Shown here piece by piece: positions 11,140 through 23,169 of a DNA stretch of 64,000 nucleotides. The DNA is from Phaeosaccion multiseriatum (taxonomy: Eukaryota; Protista; Ochrophyta, other classes): NCBI GenBank assembly GCA_965112735.1, contig OZ218961.1, positions 2,790,001 to 2,854,000 of the forward strand, given 5' to 3'. The notes beneath the pieces were generated by a model. That model ran no database searches. It saw nothing but the letters and a program-made list of their open reading frames with translations, and was not told the origin of the DNA. The translations under genes and the position numbers were made by a program. Position 1 is the stretch's first letter, and the number at the start of each line of letters is the position of its first letter.

Positions 11140-14100
11140 GCAACAACAACAACAACAACAACAACGATGGACCCTCAAACTGGACCCTCAAGCTGCAAAC
11201 TCACACTCCCTCCCTCCCCTCATACTCTCACTCTCCCTCACCGATTCTGGCCTTTGCCTCGGGGATGGTGACGGTCCAATCCAGCGAAACAATGTCCACC
11301 CCACTTGTGGCCATTCGTTCCAAAAGAGCGCCGCTCTTGTTAATGTAAATGATGAGCGGGGTGTCGGGTGACTTTGCCCTAATCTTGTCAATCACCATTC
11401 GCTGGTAAGGTGCGGCGAAGATGTCGTAGTCCAAGGGGCTGAGATGTCCTGCCCAACTGTCGAACACCTGTGGTTGGGGTGTGGGAGTGGGTGTGGTTGG
11501 GGTATGGGAGTGGCGTTGTTGGGGAGGTGTGGGGGTGGTGTATCAGGTACAGAAGGTGAGGTTATGATAGGACAATTGGATGGGTTCTAGCTGTCGTGTT
11601 GCTGTCGTATAGATGTCGAACATCTGTGGATGGGGTGTTGTGTGTGAAGTTCGGCAGGTAGGTAGGTAGGTAGGTAGGTAGGTAGGTAGGTAGGTAGGTA
11701 GGTAGGTAGGTAGGTAGGTAGGTAGGTAGGTAGGTAGGTAGGTAGGTAGGTAGGTAGGTAGGTAGGTAGGTAGGTAGGGAGGAAGAAGGAAGGACCCATG
11801 CCTTTCTCTCTTGACTCCTGCCCACTCCCCCACCCACCCACACACCACACACCCACGCCTCTCCTTCTCCCCCCCCCCCTCTCTCTCTCTCTTACTCCTA
11901 CCCCCCTTATCTACCAACCACTCACCCACCCATTGACTTATGAAATGTATGGACCCACCCATTGACTTGTGTAATGAATGTATGCACCCACCTGGATCAC
12001 CTGGGCCCCCGACTCGATCTGATACAAAGCGTAGTCTCCGATGTTCTCAGCGAGCTGCTTGAGCATGGCATGCAGGAGATCCGGCTCCTCGTACATCATC
12101 TTCTTGATCTCTGCGAGAAGTGGGTTGGAGGCGTATGGGTGCGTATGGGTGGGGAGATTGATGTGGTTAGAGGCATATGGATGGGGCTCCTTACACCAGC
12201 TTGATCCAGGTCAGTGCAATGCGTGTGTCCGTGCGTGCGCGTGCGTGGGTATGAGTGAATAGAGAGGGAGGCAGTATCCTCACCCATGGTCTGGTCCCAC
12301 TTTCTCCTCACCCCTCCTCCTCCCCCTTCCCCTCTCTCTTCGCCCACTCACTTACTCACTCACTAACACACTCGATCACTCCCTCACATTCACTATCCCT
12401 TCTCTCAGTCCCTCAGTCACATACTCACATGCCCACTCACTTACCCACCCATCCACCCACCACATCACCCACTCCCTCCCTCACTCTCTCACTCACCCAC
12501 CCACCCACTCACCCAAGTACTCCCTGGAGGTTGCTCCCTCCACCATGTACGTAGCGAGTGTGTATGGGCACCCCACAAAGCCCAACACCGTTGCCTCGTT
12601 GCCCACCGTGGAACGGAGGTCTCGGAGGGTCTCACCCACAAAGGGGCATGCCTCAGAGGGGTCGATGGCGTGCATCTGGAGGAGGAGGAGGAGGAGGAGG
12701 AGGAGGAGGAGGAGGAAAGGAGGGGGAGGAGGAGGGGAACGATTAGGAGGAGCAGAAGAGGAGAAGAAGAAGAAGGAGGAGGAGGAGGAGGAGGAGGAGG
12801 AGGAGGAGGAGGAGGAGGAGGAGGAGGGAGGCCCTTGCGTCAACATGAAGCAAGGCGCAGGGCGGCGCGAGAGAAGAGAGAGGGTCTCCTTTCCTTTCCG
12901 CTCTCTCCGCCGTTTGTGTATGTCCGTCTCTCTCCTCTTTTACCTTCTTCACTCCTTCCATAGTCCTAATTGGGGTAATCTGAGCAAGAAGAGGCACAAC
13001 GAAATGGGGGGGGGGGGGAGGGTCGCGTAAGAGAGGAGACCACTATATTCACGGCTCCACACACAGTTCCATCACTGAGCTCAACTCACCTTGGGCCCTG
13101 CCTTCTCCTCAATGGTGAACTCCACCCCCATGCCTGGGAGAGGCGTGAGGATGTCGCTGAAGAGAATCACGCCGTCCGTCTTGTACTTCTCCCAGGGCTG
13201 CAGGGAGATCTGGGTGGACACTTCGGGGATCTCGGAACGTTCTCGGAACGTCGGGTACTTCTTCACCAAGTCGCGGTAGCACTGGAAAGGGAGGCGAGAG
13301 AGAAGAGAGAGTGTGTGAGTACTTGAGTGAGGGAGTGAACGTGTGTGTTTGCCTGTCTCGCCTGCCTTTGCCATCCACGTGCCTACCCATCCACCCACCC
13401 ACCCAGTCACCTCCCCAACTACACACACAACCCACCCACCCACCTACCCACCTACCTGCATGTGCCTGCCTGCCTGGCGCATCATCCACACAGGAGCCCT
13501 CTCCACCTTCTCCCCCTTAGCGGCCCTCAGGAGCAGCGGCTCTTGCTCAGTGGACATCTGACAATAGGTGCCCGAAGTGAAGGAGAAGGCAAAGGGATGG
13601 AGAGAGAGAGAGAGAGAGGGAGAGAGAGAGGAGGGGGAAGAGGAGAGAGAAAGAGGGGGAATAGAGAGAAAGATGGAGGAGAGAGAAGAGAGAGGTAAGA
13701 AGTGAAGTGGTCGCCTCCACAGATGGCCAGGAGCCAGTATCCACACCCCAAGGCATTCCAAGGCATTTCACTGCAAAGGCACTGTCTCGCATGACACAGC
13801 TCAGTCGCAGCACTGGTGGGCACATAACGGAGACGAACGGTGGTGCTTTCTCTCTCTCTCTCTCTCTGACCTGCAGCGATGTTCGGCCTCGGCGGTGCGT
13901 GGAGCTTTGACGAGATGTGGGAGGAGACGAGAACAGGGCACTAAAGGAACACATCAGAAAAGGGCAGGGAGAGAGGGAAAACAGCACTCAAGTGGTGAGA
14001 GTTGTGCCCTGTGCAAAGGAAAGTACTACTTTTTTACAAAATGCTATTGACTCGCGAACCCGCGTTGCTCGTCCAGCAGAGGCCAAAACTGGATGCAACT

Positions 14101-14254
14101 TCATACAATACGGGTACGAACATGCCGCAAGAGAAGGGAAGACGGAGGGCGAGCCGTACCTGCTGCTGCCGCCGCTGGTCACTACGAACCCCTCTGCTTG
14201 TGATGCCACGCATGCTGTTGCGACGGCGACCGCAGCCACCTTCCCGAGACCCAT
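10790..14254 (-). CDS. hemE: Uroporphyrinogen decarboxylase, plastid-targeted (multi-exon)
   Basis: Signal peptide [23 protein letters not shown]. Motifs [52 protein letters not shown]. Includes a 36-nt micro-exon [12 protein letters not shown] near 12944-12979. Confidence 0.97.
11657..11776. repeat. (GGTA)n microsatellite in a UROD intron
   Basis: Directly visible perfect tetranucleotide array. Confidence 0.95.
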
Positions 14255-14686
14255 TTTGCCTAACTGTAAGCTACTTCGAAGAAAAGGGGGAGGAGGTGTG
14301 TGGTACTGGCCTGAAGACGGGCGGTATAGGGGCAAGGGCAAGTGCATGGGTGAGGTTAAACGTCATGCACAAGGAGAGTGCATTTCCGGCCCCTCCCTTC
14401 GGCATTTTCCCCTCCTGAGCCTTACAAGTCCCTGCAACTGGCGCTTTGCACTCCCCCTTCCAACAGAAGCACCTCCATCAGCCCCACCCAGCAGCAGCAC
14501 CATCAGCATGTAACCCAAAGCCACACTCACCTTGATTTATTGTGCAGCCTCCCTCAATATGAGCATAAGTTACGTAAGTCTTATGCCGCAAGCCGAAGCT
14601 GGAAACTGGAACGTCCACCCCCGGGTTCTCCTCGTGGCTCTGTCGAGGGCTTGGCCTTAGAGCAGCAGCAGCAGCAGGTAGGGATC

Positions 14687-17321
14687 ATGGGCGCCTACAA
14701 GTATCTGGAGGAGCTTTGGAGGAAGAAGCAGGTGAGTATGTGTCGCCTCTAACGGATGCCGGTGGTTCTCTCTCGCAATTGCAAGAGGATTTGTTGTGGG
14801 GGTCCCCTTCTCCTCCTCCTCCTCCTCCTCCTTCCTCCTCATCCTCCTTCTCTCCCTACTCCTGCTACTGCTACTTCTGCTGCGATATAGAGCGATGTCA
14901 TTCGCTTCATGCAGAGGGTGAGGGCGTGGGAGTACCGCCAGCTGCCCAATGTGTACAAGGTGCAGCGACCCACAAGGACGGAGAAGGCCCACAGGCTGGG
15001 ATACAAGGCCAAGCAGGTGAGGGCAAAGGGAAGAGAGGATGGAAGGAGAGGAGATGCAGGGAGTGGGGGGTTTGGAGGGGCACAGCCCTGCCGCTGGAAG
15101 GCATCTGCTTCCGAGTGCAAGAGAAGAAGAGGGGGGGTAGGAGGAGCAAACGACGAAGGAGGGTCAATGAAGCGGGCACATGAAGTGGATAGGATGGCTG
15201 CAGGAAGGCAGAGGAGCTAGTGACAACGAGGATTCGATTGCAGGAGAGTGAATGTCTACCTCTGTGTGCAAACAAGGGCTTTGGGGTGCCAAAGGGGAGA
15301 GCCACAGCCGGGAGCCGCCGCAGCTAGCTTAAAGTGAGGCGCCGCTCTGGGCGTGTCGCCAGATGCCTCGGCCATTGGAGAGGCGGGTCCAATACTGACA
15401 TTGATGACGATGCAGAAGAAGAGAACCCATGACGGGACTCTGAGCAGCGATGCAAAGAAGAACACCCATGTCAGGACTGTGGGCAGCAGCACCAGCAGAC
15501 CATGAGAGCATCATGTTGGTCCTCTGGGATCACGCGTTTCGGTGCCTTCGCTACCGCGCGACCCCAGGCCCTCCCTCTCCAAACCCGTCAAGCCCTACGT
15601 CATTGCTGGCCCCTCTGTACCATGCTTCTTTCGAGGCGGTAAACACTAATTGTAATGCTGCCAAACAAACACTAACTCTACTACCCCCCCCCCCCTCCCC
15701 CCCAAGGGCTACTCCATGTGGCGTGTTGCCGTCCGTCGTGGATCCCGCAAGCGCCCCAACGCCAAGGGTATCGTGTACGGTGAGTTATTTTCCTCCTCTT
15801 TTGTTGTGTTGGCTGGCCCTCGAGCGTTTCGAAACTGTGCCGACGCATGTGTGTGCCCCCCAATGGTGTGGTGCTGCGGGTAGAAGGAAGGGAGAGCACA
15901 GCACGCCCGTACATGAGCGAGGGAGGGGGGCTCTTTGTCTTGCATATGGAAGAAGAGCAGATGTGGAGCAGTTGGAGCAAAGTCGACGCTGCTTACTGTA
16001 AGGGGTTGTGTCGTGTGGACGTGGGCGTGGGCATGACCTTTCGTGTGCCCACACCGTCTCGGAGGCGTATGTGTAAAGGTTTCCGAAGCTCGGTACGGAT
16101 ATACTGTCAGGGAAGGACGGATAAGCGACGGACGGGAAGCGCCCACACGAAATGATGAGAGGATCGGTGGAGATGGGGCAGAGAATGGCCGCTGGCGCCG
16201 GAGAAGAGGAGGAGATGTGGCACGCAAGGGGGGGGGGGGGATTTCGTGGAGAGCGGAGAGGAGGGAGGAAGACTCGTGAGAACCCTTGACACGAGGGGCG
16301 CAAGGAGAGCAGCTGAGAGGGAGGGGAGGGGGGCAGATTGGCGGTTTCAGTTTCAGTGGATCATCGGAGGGAGGAAGTAGGAAGGGACGAAAAGAAAACC
16401 GCGCGCCAGCCACTCAGTGAGCAAAAGGGAAAAGAGGGAGGGGGCGTGACGCAGGTTTATCATCGCATCAGCACCAGCACCAGAGCTGTTCCCTCGCCAT
16501 GGTCTGAGCGCTGTCTGTGAGAGCGGCCGAACCACTTTGCCATGCCGAGCGAGAAACACACACTTCCATTGGATTGATTGCTGCGCTTTCGTTCCAGAAG
16601 GAAGGGTCCTTGCTGTGGTTTTCGGCGCGGTCGTGGCAGGACAGACTTGCATCCGCGTCAGAGCTGAGTCAGCTGCGGGCACACACAGAGAGAGCCTTCT
16701 TCTATCCATACTCTGGCGTCTGGCTGACCCTCTAGTCTACCCCTTTCCCCACCTCTCTCTCTATGTACTATCTTGTGTATTTCACAGGTAAGCCCAAGCA
16801 CCACGGAATCAACAAGATCAAGTTCCAGCGCAACCTTCGTTCCGTGGCCGAGGAGCGCGTGGGAGCCCGAGCCGCCAACCTGCGCGTGCTCAACTCGTAC
16901 TGGGTCAACCAGGACGCCACCTACAAATACTACGAGGTGGGGAAGCGTATCGACAGAGGGTATCGAGGGGGGCGGCGTGGGGTATGGAGGGGATCGACAT
17001 CCGGTACCAACGTAGTATGAGTCGGCTGGAGTGTACACTCTCTATGGTTTCTCACCACCTTTGCCTCCTCCCCCTCTTCCTCCTCCTCCTCCTCAGGTGA
17101 TCATGGTGGACCCCCAGCACACGGCCATCCGTAACGACGCCAAGATCAACTGGATCGCTCGGCCCACTATGAAGCACAGGGAGTGCCGCGGGCTCACCAG
17201 CGCCGGTCGCCAAGCCCGAGGCCTCCGGGTGCGAGGCCACAGAGCCAACAACATCAAGGGAAGCTCTCGCCGAGCCGCCTGGACACGCCGCAACACTCTC
17301 TCTCTCAGGAGGTACCGATAG
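14687..17321 (+). CDS. RPL15: 60S ribosomal protein L15 (eL15), 5 coding exons
   Basis: [15 protein letters not shown]|[17 protein letters not shown]...RLGYKAKQ|[21 protein letters not shown]|[26 protein letters not shown]...[20 protein letters not shown]|VIMVDP...LSLRRYR*. Confidence 0.99.
16483..16646 (+). ncRNA. Candidate structured intronic RNA in RPL15 intron 3 (possible H/ACA snoRNA or regulatory element)
   Basis: Extensive self-complementarity (e.g. TTGCCATGCCGAGCGAGAAACACA with TGTGGTTTTCGGCGCGGTCGTGGCAG; CTTCC/GGAAG) followed by ACA. No guide target identified. Confidence 0.3.
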
Positions 17322-17984
17322 AGGGTTGGTGTGCTGTGGAGGTGGAGCGGGCCAGCTGCTGCTGCGTTGCTGCTTGCTCTGCTGTCTGTTGCTGTTGGGT
17401 TGCTTTTGTGTGTTTCGATCAGATGGTCTTTTTGGATGGTTTGTTGGGGATTGGTCTTACTATGATTGTATAGATACCCGCGTGGTTGGTTGTCGTAAGG
17501 CTTACTTCCACTTGCCGTCTTTCGTTTGTGTTCGATCGACCTTTTAATCTCTTTTGAATACGAACGAGGCACTGATCTCACCTAAGCTTCGATGAGCCCA
17601 AAACAAGTCTTTCTCTTCATCCATGTGACATTTGACATTTGTGTCGCTCGTGCTTTTGGGGTGAATGAAGACTCAAACCAAAACCCTGAGCTCGACAAGC
17701 ACCGCTTGCTCACCTCCTCGCCTACCCCTCGAACAACTTCGTTCTTTAAATGAAAAGGCGGGAAACAACTTCCTACCTTCTTAGCTCTATCGCACCTGCT
17801 GCACGGAACCAAATTCTCTTCTCCTCTCCCCCCCGGCACCCCACCACCCTCCGAACCTTCTTCAGTTTACAGTTTTTGCACGCCCCTGAATGGGCCTCCA
17901 ACCTCTTCCCTTCCTTCATGAAGTGCCATCTGTGAAGAATCATCCCTTCAAAGGTCCTTGGCTGGAAAGAAGTATAGAAGAAAC

Positions 17985-20132
17985 TCACTTCTGGGGCATG
18001 GGGAACTTATTGCGGAAGTCAATGGCATGCTCCAGATGCATGGCCACCTTTAACACCCCAAGCTCGTCCATGGGCCGGCCTATAATCTGCACCCCGAGGG
18101 GCAGCTCCACGCCAGTAGCACCAGCAGTTGGTGATACAGCAGTGCTGGTCCCCACGGGAATGCTAATGGCGGGGGCTCCCCCTGCCATATTCACAGGGAT
18201 GGTGAACACATCATTCAGCAGCAGCTCGGCTGGGCTTTTCTCTCCGCCTCCTACTCCTCCTCCTCCTCCTCCTCCTCCTCCTCCTCCTCCTCCTCCTCCT
18301 CCTCCCAGTGTCTGGGGAAAGGCCGGGCCCGGTGTGGTTGGTGTGAGCAAGACGTGGGCTTGCGTCAAGGCACGGCCGAGCTCTTGCCGCAGCAGAGCAC
18401 GCACTCGCAAGGCCCCCTCGTAATACTCGTGATAGGCATCGGAGCCGAGTACAAAGCAGCCCGACAGAATACGCCTCTGCACCTCCTGCCCTAAGAAGAT
18501 GGAGCGGGTGGCGGTGTATTCGTCGTGTAGATTGCCTGCCATGTTCAACGACAGGTCACTACCTCCTCCCTCTCCTCCTCCTCCTCCTCCTCCTCCTCCT
18601 CCAGCCGCTGCCTCCCCGCCGAATCTCTGCCCGTACCGAACGCCGTCGTAACGGTTTAGGTTCGAGAAGGCCTCCGCCGACGCTAACACCAGGTAGGCGG
18701 GCAGGGAGTGCGGTAGCGTCGGTAGTGACACTTGCACCACCTCCGCCCCGAGTGCCCTGGCCAGGTGGAGGCTGTCGTTCCACGCCTCTCGGACAGGGCG
18801 AGAGAGTTCTTCCACGTGGAACTCTGCCGCCACGCCGACCTTGACGCCTGCCAAGGGCCCGCCTTTCCCGCTCCCATCACTACTATTACTACTACTACTG
18901 TTGCTGCTGCTACTACTACTTGTACTCGTTGCGGCGTAGTGCTGACTCAGAGCCTCCGCAAAACCAAAGCCAAAAGCCAGGCCAGCGCCAGAGCCAGAAC
19001 CGCCACCACGGCCGCCTCCTTGCCCCTCCTGCTGGCGTTGTAGTGACTGCTGCTGCAGACAGGTGGAGTCGAAGCCGTCCGGGCCTGCGGTGGCATCAAG
19101 GACCATGGAAGCGTCCAGCACGGTCCTTGCAAAGATGCCCGGTGTGTCCAGCGAGCTCGCATAGGCGATGAGGCCGTGTCTCGGGATACGTCCGTATGTG
19201 GGCTTGAGGCCCACTACGCCGCAGAAGGAGGCGGGTTGGCGCACCGAGCCACCCGTGTCCGACCCTAGAGCTGCGTAGCACGATCCCGTGGCCACAGCAA
19301 TGGCGCTTCCTCCGGAGCTGCCTCCTGGAGAGTAGGAGGGGTTGCTGACGTGCGCGTGTGCGTCCCCCACCTCCTGCTGTTGTGGAGCCCAAGGGTTGAG
19401 CGACGGCCCGGCTGCACTGAATATCGTACCACTTCCCATACCAAACTCATCCATGTTGGTCTTACCAATGAGCACGGCCCCCACACCAGTTCCTCCTCCC
19501 CCATTTGCGTCGTGCCTCTCCCTCGTTCGCCCCCCCTGCTCTTCATGCTGCTGCTGCTGCCCAGAGAGCCTCTCCGTGGCTGTGGACGAGTATGGAGGCT
19601 TAAATCCTTGCAGAGCACCACTCCCCGCGGTAGTCTCCACTCCCTCTGTCACAAAATTGTCCTTGGCGCCGTAGGGGATGCCATCCAGCGGCGAGCGTAG
19701 CGTGCCGTTGGCCTGCCGCTCGTCTGCCTCCGCCGCCTGGCGACGAGCGTCCTCCTTGCACACAGTGACGAAGGCATTGGTCCAGGAGGTATCTCGCACA
19801 CGCTGGAGACAAGCCTCCGTCAGCTCAGAGGGCTTAACCTCGGCCCTCGCTACGGCTCGAGAGGCTTCACTCAGCGTCAGATTGTGCAGCTCCTTTCGCT
19901 GCCTCTCGTGCTGCTGCTTCTTCTGCTGCGATCCTCGGCAGCTGTGGATACGACTGCCGCGGCTGTTGGAGGCACTGAAGTACGTCCTGCAGTCGCGATA
20001 CCGCTCTTCGATCCAGCCCTGCAGCACAGGCGGGCATGATGCTCGTCTCAGCGACGCACCCACTGCGGCGAAAGCAGCTCCTCTTCTTCTTCCTCTTCGT
20101 ACTCCTGCTGCCGCTGCTGCGCATGGACGCAT
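17985..20132 (-). CDS. gatA: Glutamyl-tRNA(Gln) amidotransferase subunit A, intronless, probably mitochondrial
   Basis: Amidase signature: GIPYGAKDNF, GKTNMDEFGMGS, PGGSSGGSA, LGSDTGGSVRQPASFCGVVGLKPTYG, SNLNRYDGVRYG, EVQRRILSG. Arg/Ala-rich N-terminus with no signal peptide. Start placed at the ATG at 20132. Confidence 0.95.
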   Translation of the reverse strand: MRPCAAAAAGVRRGRRRGAAFAAVGASLRRASCPPVLQGWIEERYRDCRTYFSASNSRGSRIHSCRGSQQKKQQHERQRKELHNLTLSEASRAVARAEVKPSELTEACLQRVRDTSWTNAFVTVCKEDARRQAAEADERQANGTLRSPLDGIPYGAKDNFVTEGVETTAGSGALQGFKPPYSSTATERLSGQQQQHEEQGGRTRERHDANGGGGTGVGAVLIGKTNMDEFGMGSGTIFSAAGPSLNPWAPQQQEVGDAHAHVSNPSYSPGGSSGGSAIAVATGSCYAALGSDTGGSVRQPASFCGVVGLKPTYGRIPRHGLIAYASSLDTPGIFARTVLDASMVLDATAGPDGFDSTCLQQQSLQRQQEGQGGGRGGGSGSGAGLAFGFGFAEALSQHYAATSTSSSSSSNSSSSNSSDGSGKGGPLAGVKVGVAAEFHVEELSRPVREAWNDSLHLARALGAEVVQVSLPTLPHSLPAYLVLASAEAFSNLNRYDGVRYGQRFGGEAAAGGGGGGGGGGEGGGSDLSLNMAGNLHDEYTATRSIFLGQEVQRRILSGCFVLGSDAYHEYYEGALRVRALLRQELGRALTQAHVLLTPTTPGPAFPQTLGGGGGGGGGGGGGGGGGVGGGEKSPAELLLNDVFTIPVNMAGGAPAISIPVGTSTAVSPTAGATGVELPLGVQIIGRPMDELGVLKVAMHLEHAIDFRNKFPMPQK

Positions 20133-20951
20133 TCTTGCAGGGAGGTGGAGGTGCCAAAGGGAGGTGCAAGGAAATGGAAGGAGGACGTACCATCGACTGC
20201 CATCCAGACCTTTTCTTCTCCACCCCATTTCTTCAATTTCTGGCACAGTCCTCTCCTCTTTTATGTACTCACGCCTTGATTCATTAGTTTACAGCGTTGG
20301 CGAAGCACAGCAAAGCCGAGCCAAAGCAAAGCAGCCGATTGCTGTGCTCGAATGGGTGGAGTCAATCGAAAGCTTTGCTCTTCGTCAGCGAAAGAGAGGC
20401 AGGGCCACCCACCCCCCCTACAGTATGACCCCTCAAGTCAAACCACGTTGACAAGTAGAACGGCTCGGCCCAGCGATGGGTTCTCCAAACCATCACTGGC
20501 CCTCTCCCCTGATGCCAGAGCCCTTGTCCCAGCCCAGCCCTCATCTTGGACCCCGGTCCTTGCTATTGGCTTCTTCCCCAGCAGGCTTGCCCCTCTCTTT
20601 TCCCACACAAACGCACTTCCCTGTACGTCCGTCCTTCGTCCCTCCCCCCTCTATACATATATGTAGGTATATTTACCAGATGTGTACTCTCCCCTCCCCT
20701 CCGTATCTGTACATAGGCAGAAGCCGTCCCTCCCCACCCGCGACGCAGCACCAAAATCGCGCCCCATTGCTGCCCACTACTGCTCTTGCCACCATGCCTC
20801 ACATCTGCGGCGACGGCTGCTGCGGCTGCTGCTGCTGCTGCTCCTCCTCCTCCTGATGATGATGCCACTGCTGCTACTGCCTACCGCCCCTCCCTGCCCC
20901 CCCTGCTTTGCGCTCCATAGCACAAGGCCGTTGTCGTGTGTGAGGCTATTA

Positions 20952-22912
20952 TCAGTAGGGCCCCATGGCCAAGACTGCGAGCTGAGAGATCAAGGGGATC
21001 CCGTTGGGCACCCTACCCCGCACGCACTCCACCACGGAATAACTCAGGCACAGCACGAGGGTCATGAAGCAGAGGTTTGTGAAGGGCTCCTCCATCACTG
21101 ACAGGCAGGCACCGGAGACAGGAAACAGGAGAATAGATACAGGCACGAGGTATGGTGGGTGAGGCCAGTAGAGGAGGGATGGAGGAGATCAGGGGGTGAG
21201 GGGGTGAGTGGGGAGGAGGGGACAGAGCAAGAGTAGCAAGATGCCTTGAGGATTCAGACAGGTTCGTTGCGGAAGACGATCCACCACGTGTCACACGCTG
21301 GAGGGTGTTGGGGTCCGGCAGGAGAAGCGCAGTCACGACGACGGAGGTGGAAAGGAGGGGGAAAGGCTCTGAAAGGATTCAGCACGTCATGAAAGCGCCG
21401 CGCTCGGGAGTAACACAGCACAGAGACTTGAGTGAGTGGGTATGTGGGTGAGTGAGTGAGTGAGTGAGTGAGTGAATGAGTGAGTGAGTGAGTGAGTGAG
21501 TGAGTGAGTGAGTAGGTGGGTGAGTGAGTGAGTGAGTGAGTGAGTGAGTGAGTGGGTGGGTGAGTGAGTAGGTGGGTGAGTGGGTGTGTGAGTGAGTGTG
21601 TGAGTGCGTGCGTGCGTGAGTGAGTGAGTGAGTGAGTGAGTGAGTGAGTGAGTGGGTGGGTGGGTAGGTGAGTGAGTGAGTAGGTGGGTGAGTGGGTGGG
21701 TGAGTGAGTGAGTGCGTGCGTGCGTGCGTGAGTGAGTGAGTGAGTGAGTGAGTGAGTGAGTGAGTGAGTGAGTGAGTGAGTGAGTGAGTGAGTGAGTGAG
21801 TGAGTGAGTGAGTGGGTAGGTGAGTGAGTGAGCGGGTGGTTGAGTGAGTGGGTGGGTGAGTGAGTGAATGAGTACTTACGTCCAAGAAACCTTGCCCCGC
21901 TCCCGCTAAGGCTGGCTAGAACCAAGAAGATGTCCAGGAGGATCGCCTGACGGGAAGGGGGTCGGCCAGGAGAGATGAATGAATCAGAGGAGTGAACATG
22001 GATGGAATAGAGGAGTTTTCGGTGGGTCAGAGGAGTGCAGGTGGATCAGAGGTGTAAGGATGGGTCAGAGGAGTAAATATGACTCAGAGGAGTGCATCAG
22101 GGGCGTGGAGGAATCAAGGGGCGAAAAAGGAAAAGAGGGGGAAGGATGGCTCAGAGGAGTGAAAGATGAGTAAGACAAATGGAGATGGATCAGAGGCGTG
22201 AAAGGCTTAGAGGAGTGAAGTTGGATCAGAGCAGTGAAGGGTGGTTCACAGAGGGTAGAAAGGAGGAGTGAAGGATGGATGAGAAGAGGCGTACCTGCTG
22301 GATGTTGAACCTAATCTCACGGGGGAGTGCATTATTCCTTGCGAGAAGAATACATCCCAGGAAGAAGCCGAGTGGCACGAAAGGGGTTCCCCAAAACGCC
22401 CGAAGCGAGCCGAACAGCGTATTCGCCACCATACCCACCCTGGTGCAGTGGTTGGCGGGCAGGTCAGGCAGGACGGAGGGAAGAGGGGGAGGAGGAAGGT
22501 CAGGACGGGTTTGCATCAAACTCTGTTATCACACACAGGTGAGACAGGGACCAGCAGCAGCACTCTGAAGCACCAGAATAACTCACCCGGGGTATTCGGT
22601 AAAGATGAATTTCCCAAAGTCCAGCCCATCCAGGAGAGGAAGGGCGTACGGCACAGTCGCAATGAATCTGTCTGTCAGCTCTCCCTCGTCTGGACCATCC
22701 CCCTCCTTCTTCGCCAGCAGCAGTGTTTCTCGAGGCACCAGAGGACGGCATTTGTGGTGCTGAGGGTGTAGAGGCCGGCTGTGACTATGTGAAGGGGGGC
22801 TTGAAGGAGTTTGGTGATGAAGAGGGGAAGGACAGGTGTTGAGGCAAGGAGTGAGGAAGCCGACTGCTGCTGGAACGAGGGCCAGCACAAGCAGCGCAAT
22901 CACACGCATCAT
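20952..22912 (-). CDS. tic20: Tic20/Ycf60-family plastid translocon protein (multi-exon)
   Basis: Signal peptide MMRVIALLVLALVPAAVGF. Motifs DRFIATVPYALPLLDGLDFG, RNNALPREIRFNIQQ|AILLDI, C-terminal GRVPNGIPLISQLA. Confidence 0.88.
21429..21872. repeat. Imperfect (TGAG)n/(CTCA)n array in a Tic20 intron
   Basis: Directly visible. Confidence 0.95.
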
Positions 22913-23169
22913 GGCAGTGGCTCTATTTATCCTCTCGGATGCAGTGGAGAGGGGGGAGGAGGACTTCTCTATGGAGAACGGGCCTTACTGACAAAGAAAG
23001 TGGGGGCCTCGGGCGCGGAGCGGTCAAGCTGAAACTGCAAATACATTTGAATTTCTCTCTTCCGATCCTCCTCCTCCCCTTGCTCTTGCTCTTCTCCCCT
23101 CAAGCGACTGCATAGCTCAGGACCGAGGGGAGGACGTTGGTCTACTCGATCCCTAGCTGCGTATGTAAC

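Noticed and set aside
15401-15490. C/D box snoRNA (TGATGA...CTGA) in RPL15 intron 2
   Set aside because: Only about 45 nt between the boxes, no recognisable rRNA antisense element, and the segment is part of a short tandem duplication.
16495-16560. TPP riboswitch-like fragments (CTGAG...GAACC...ATGCC.AGCG)
   Set aside because: The conserved CUGAGA, CCUGAU and UAAU elements are missing, and the host gene is unrelated to thiamine.
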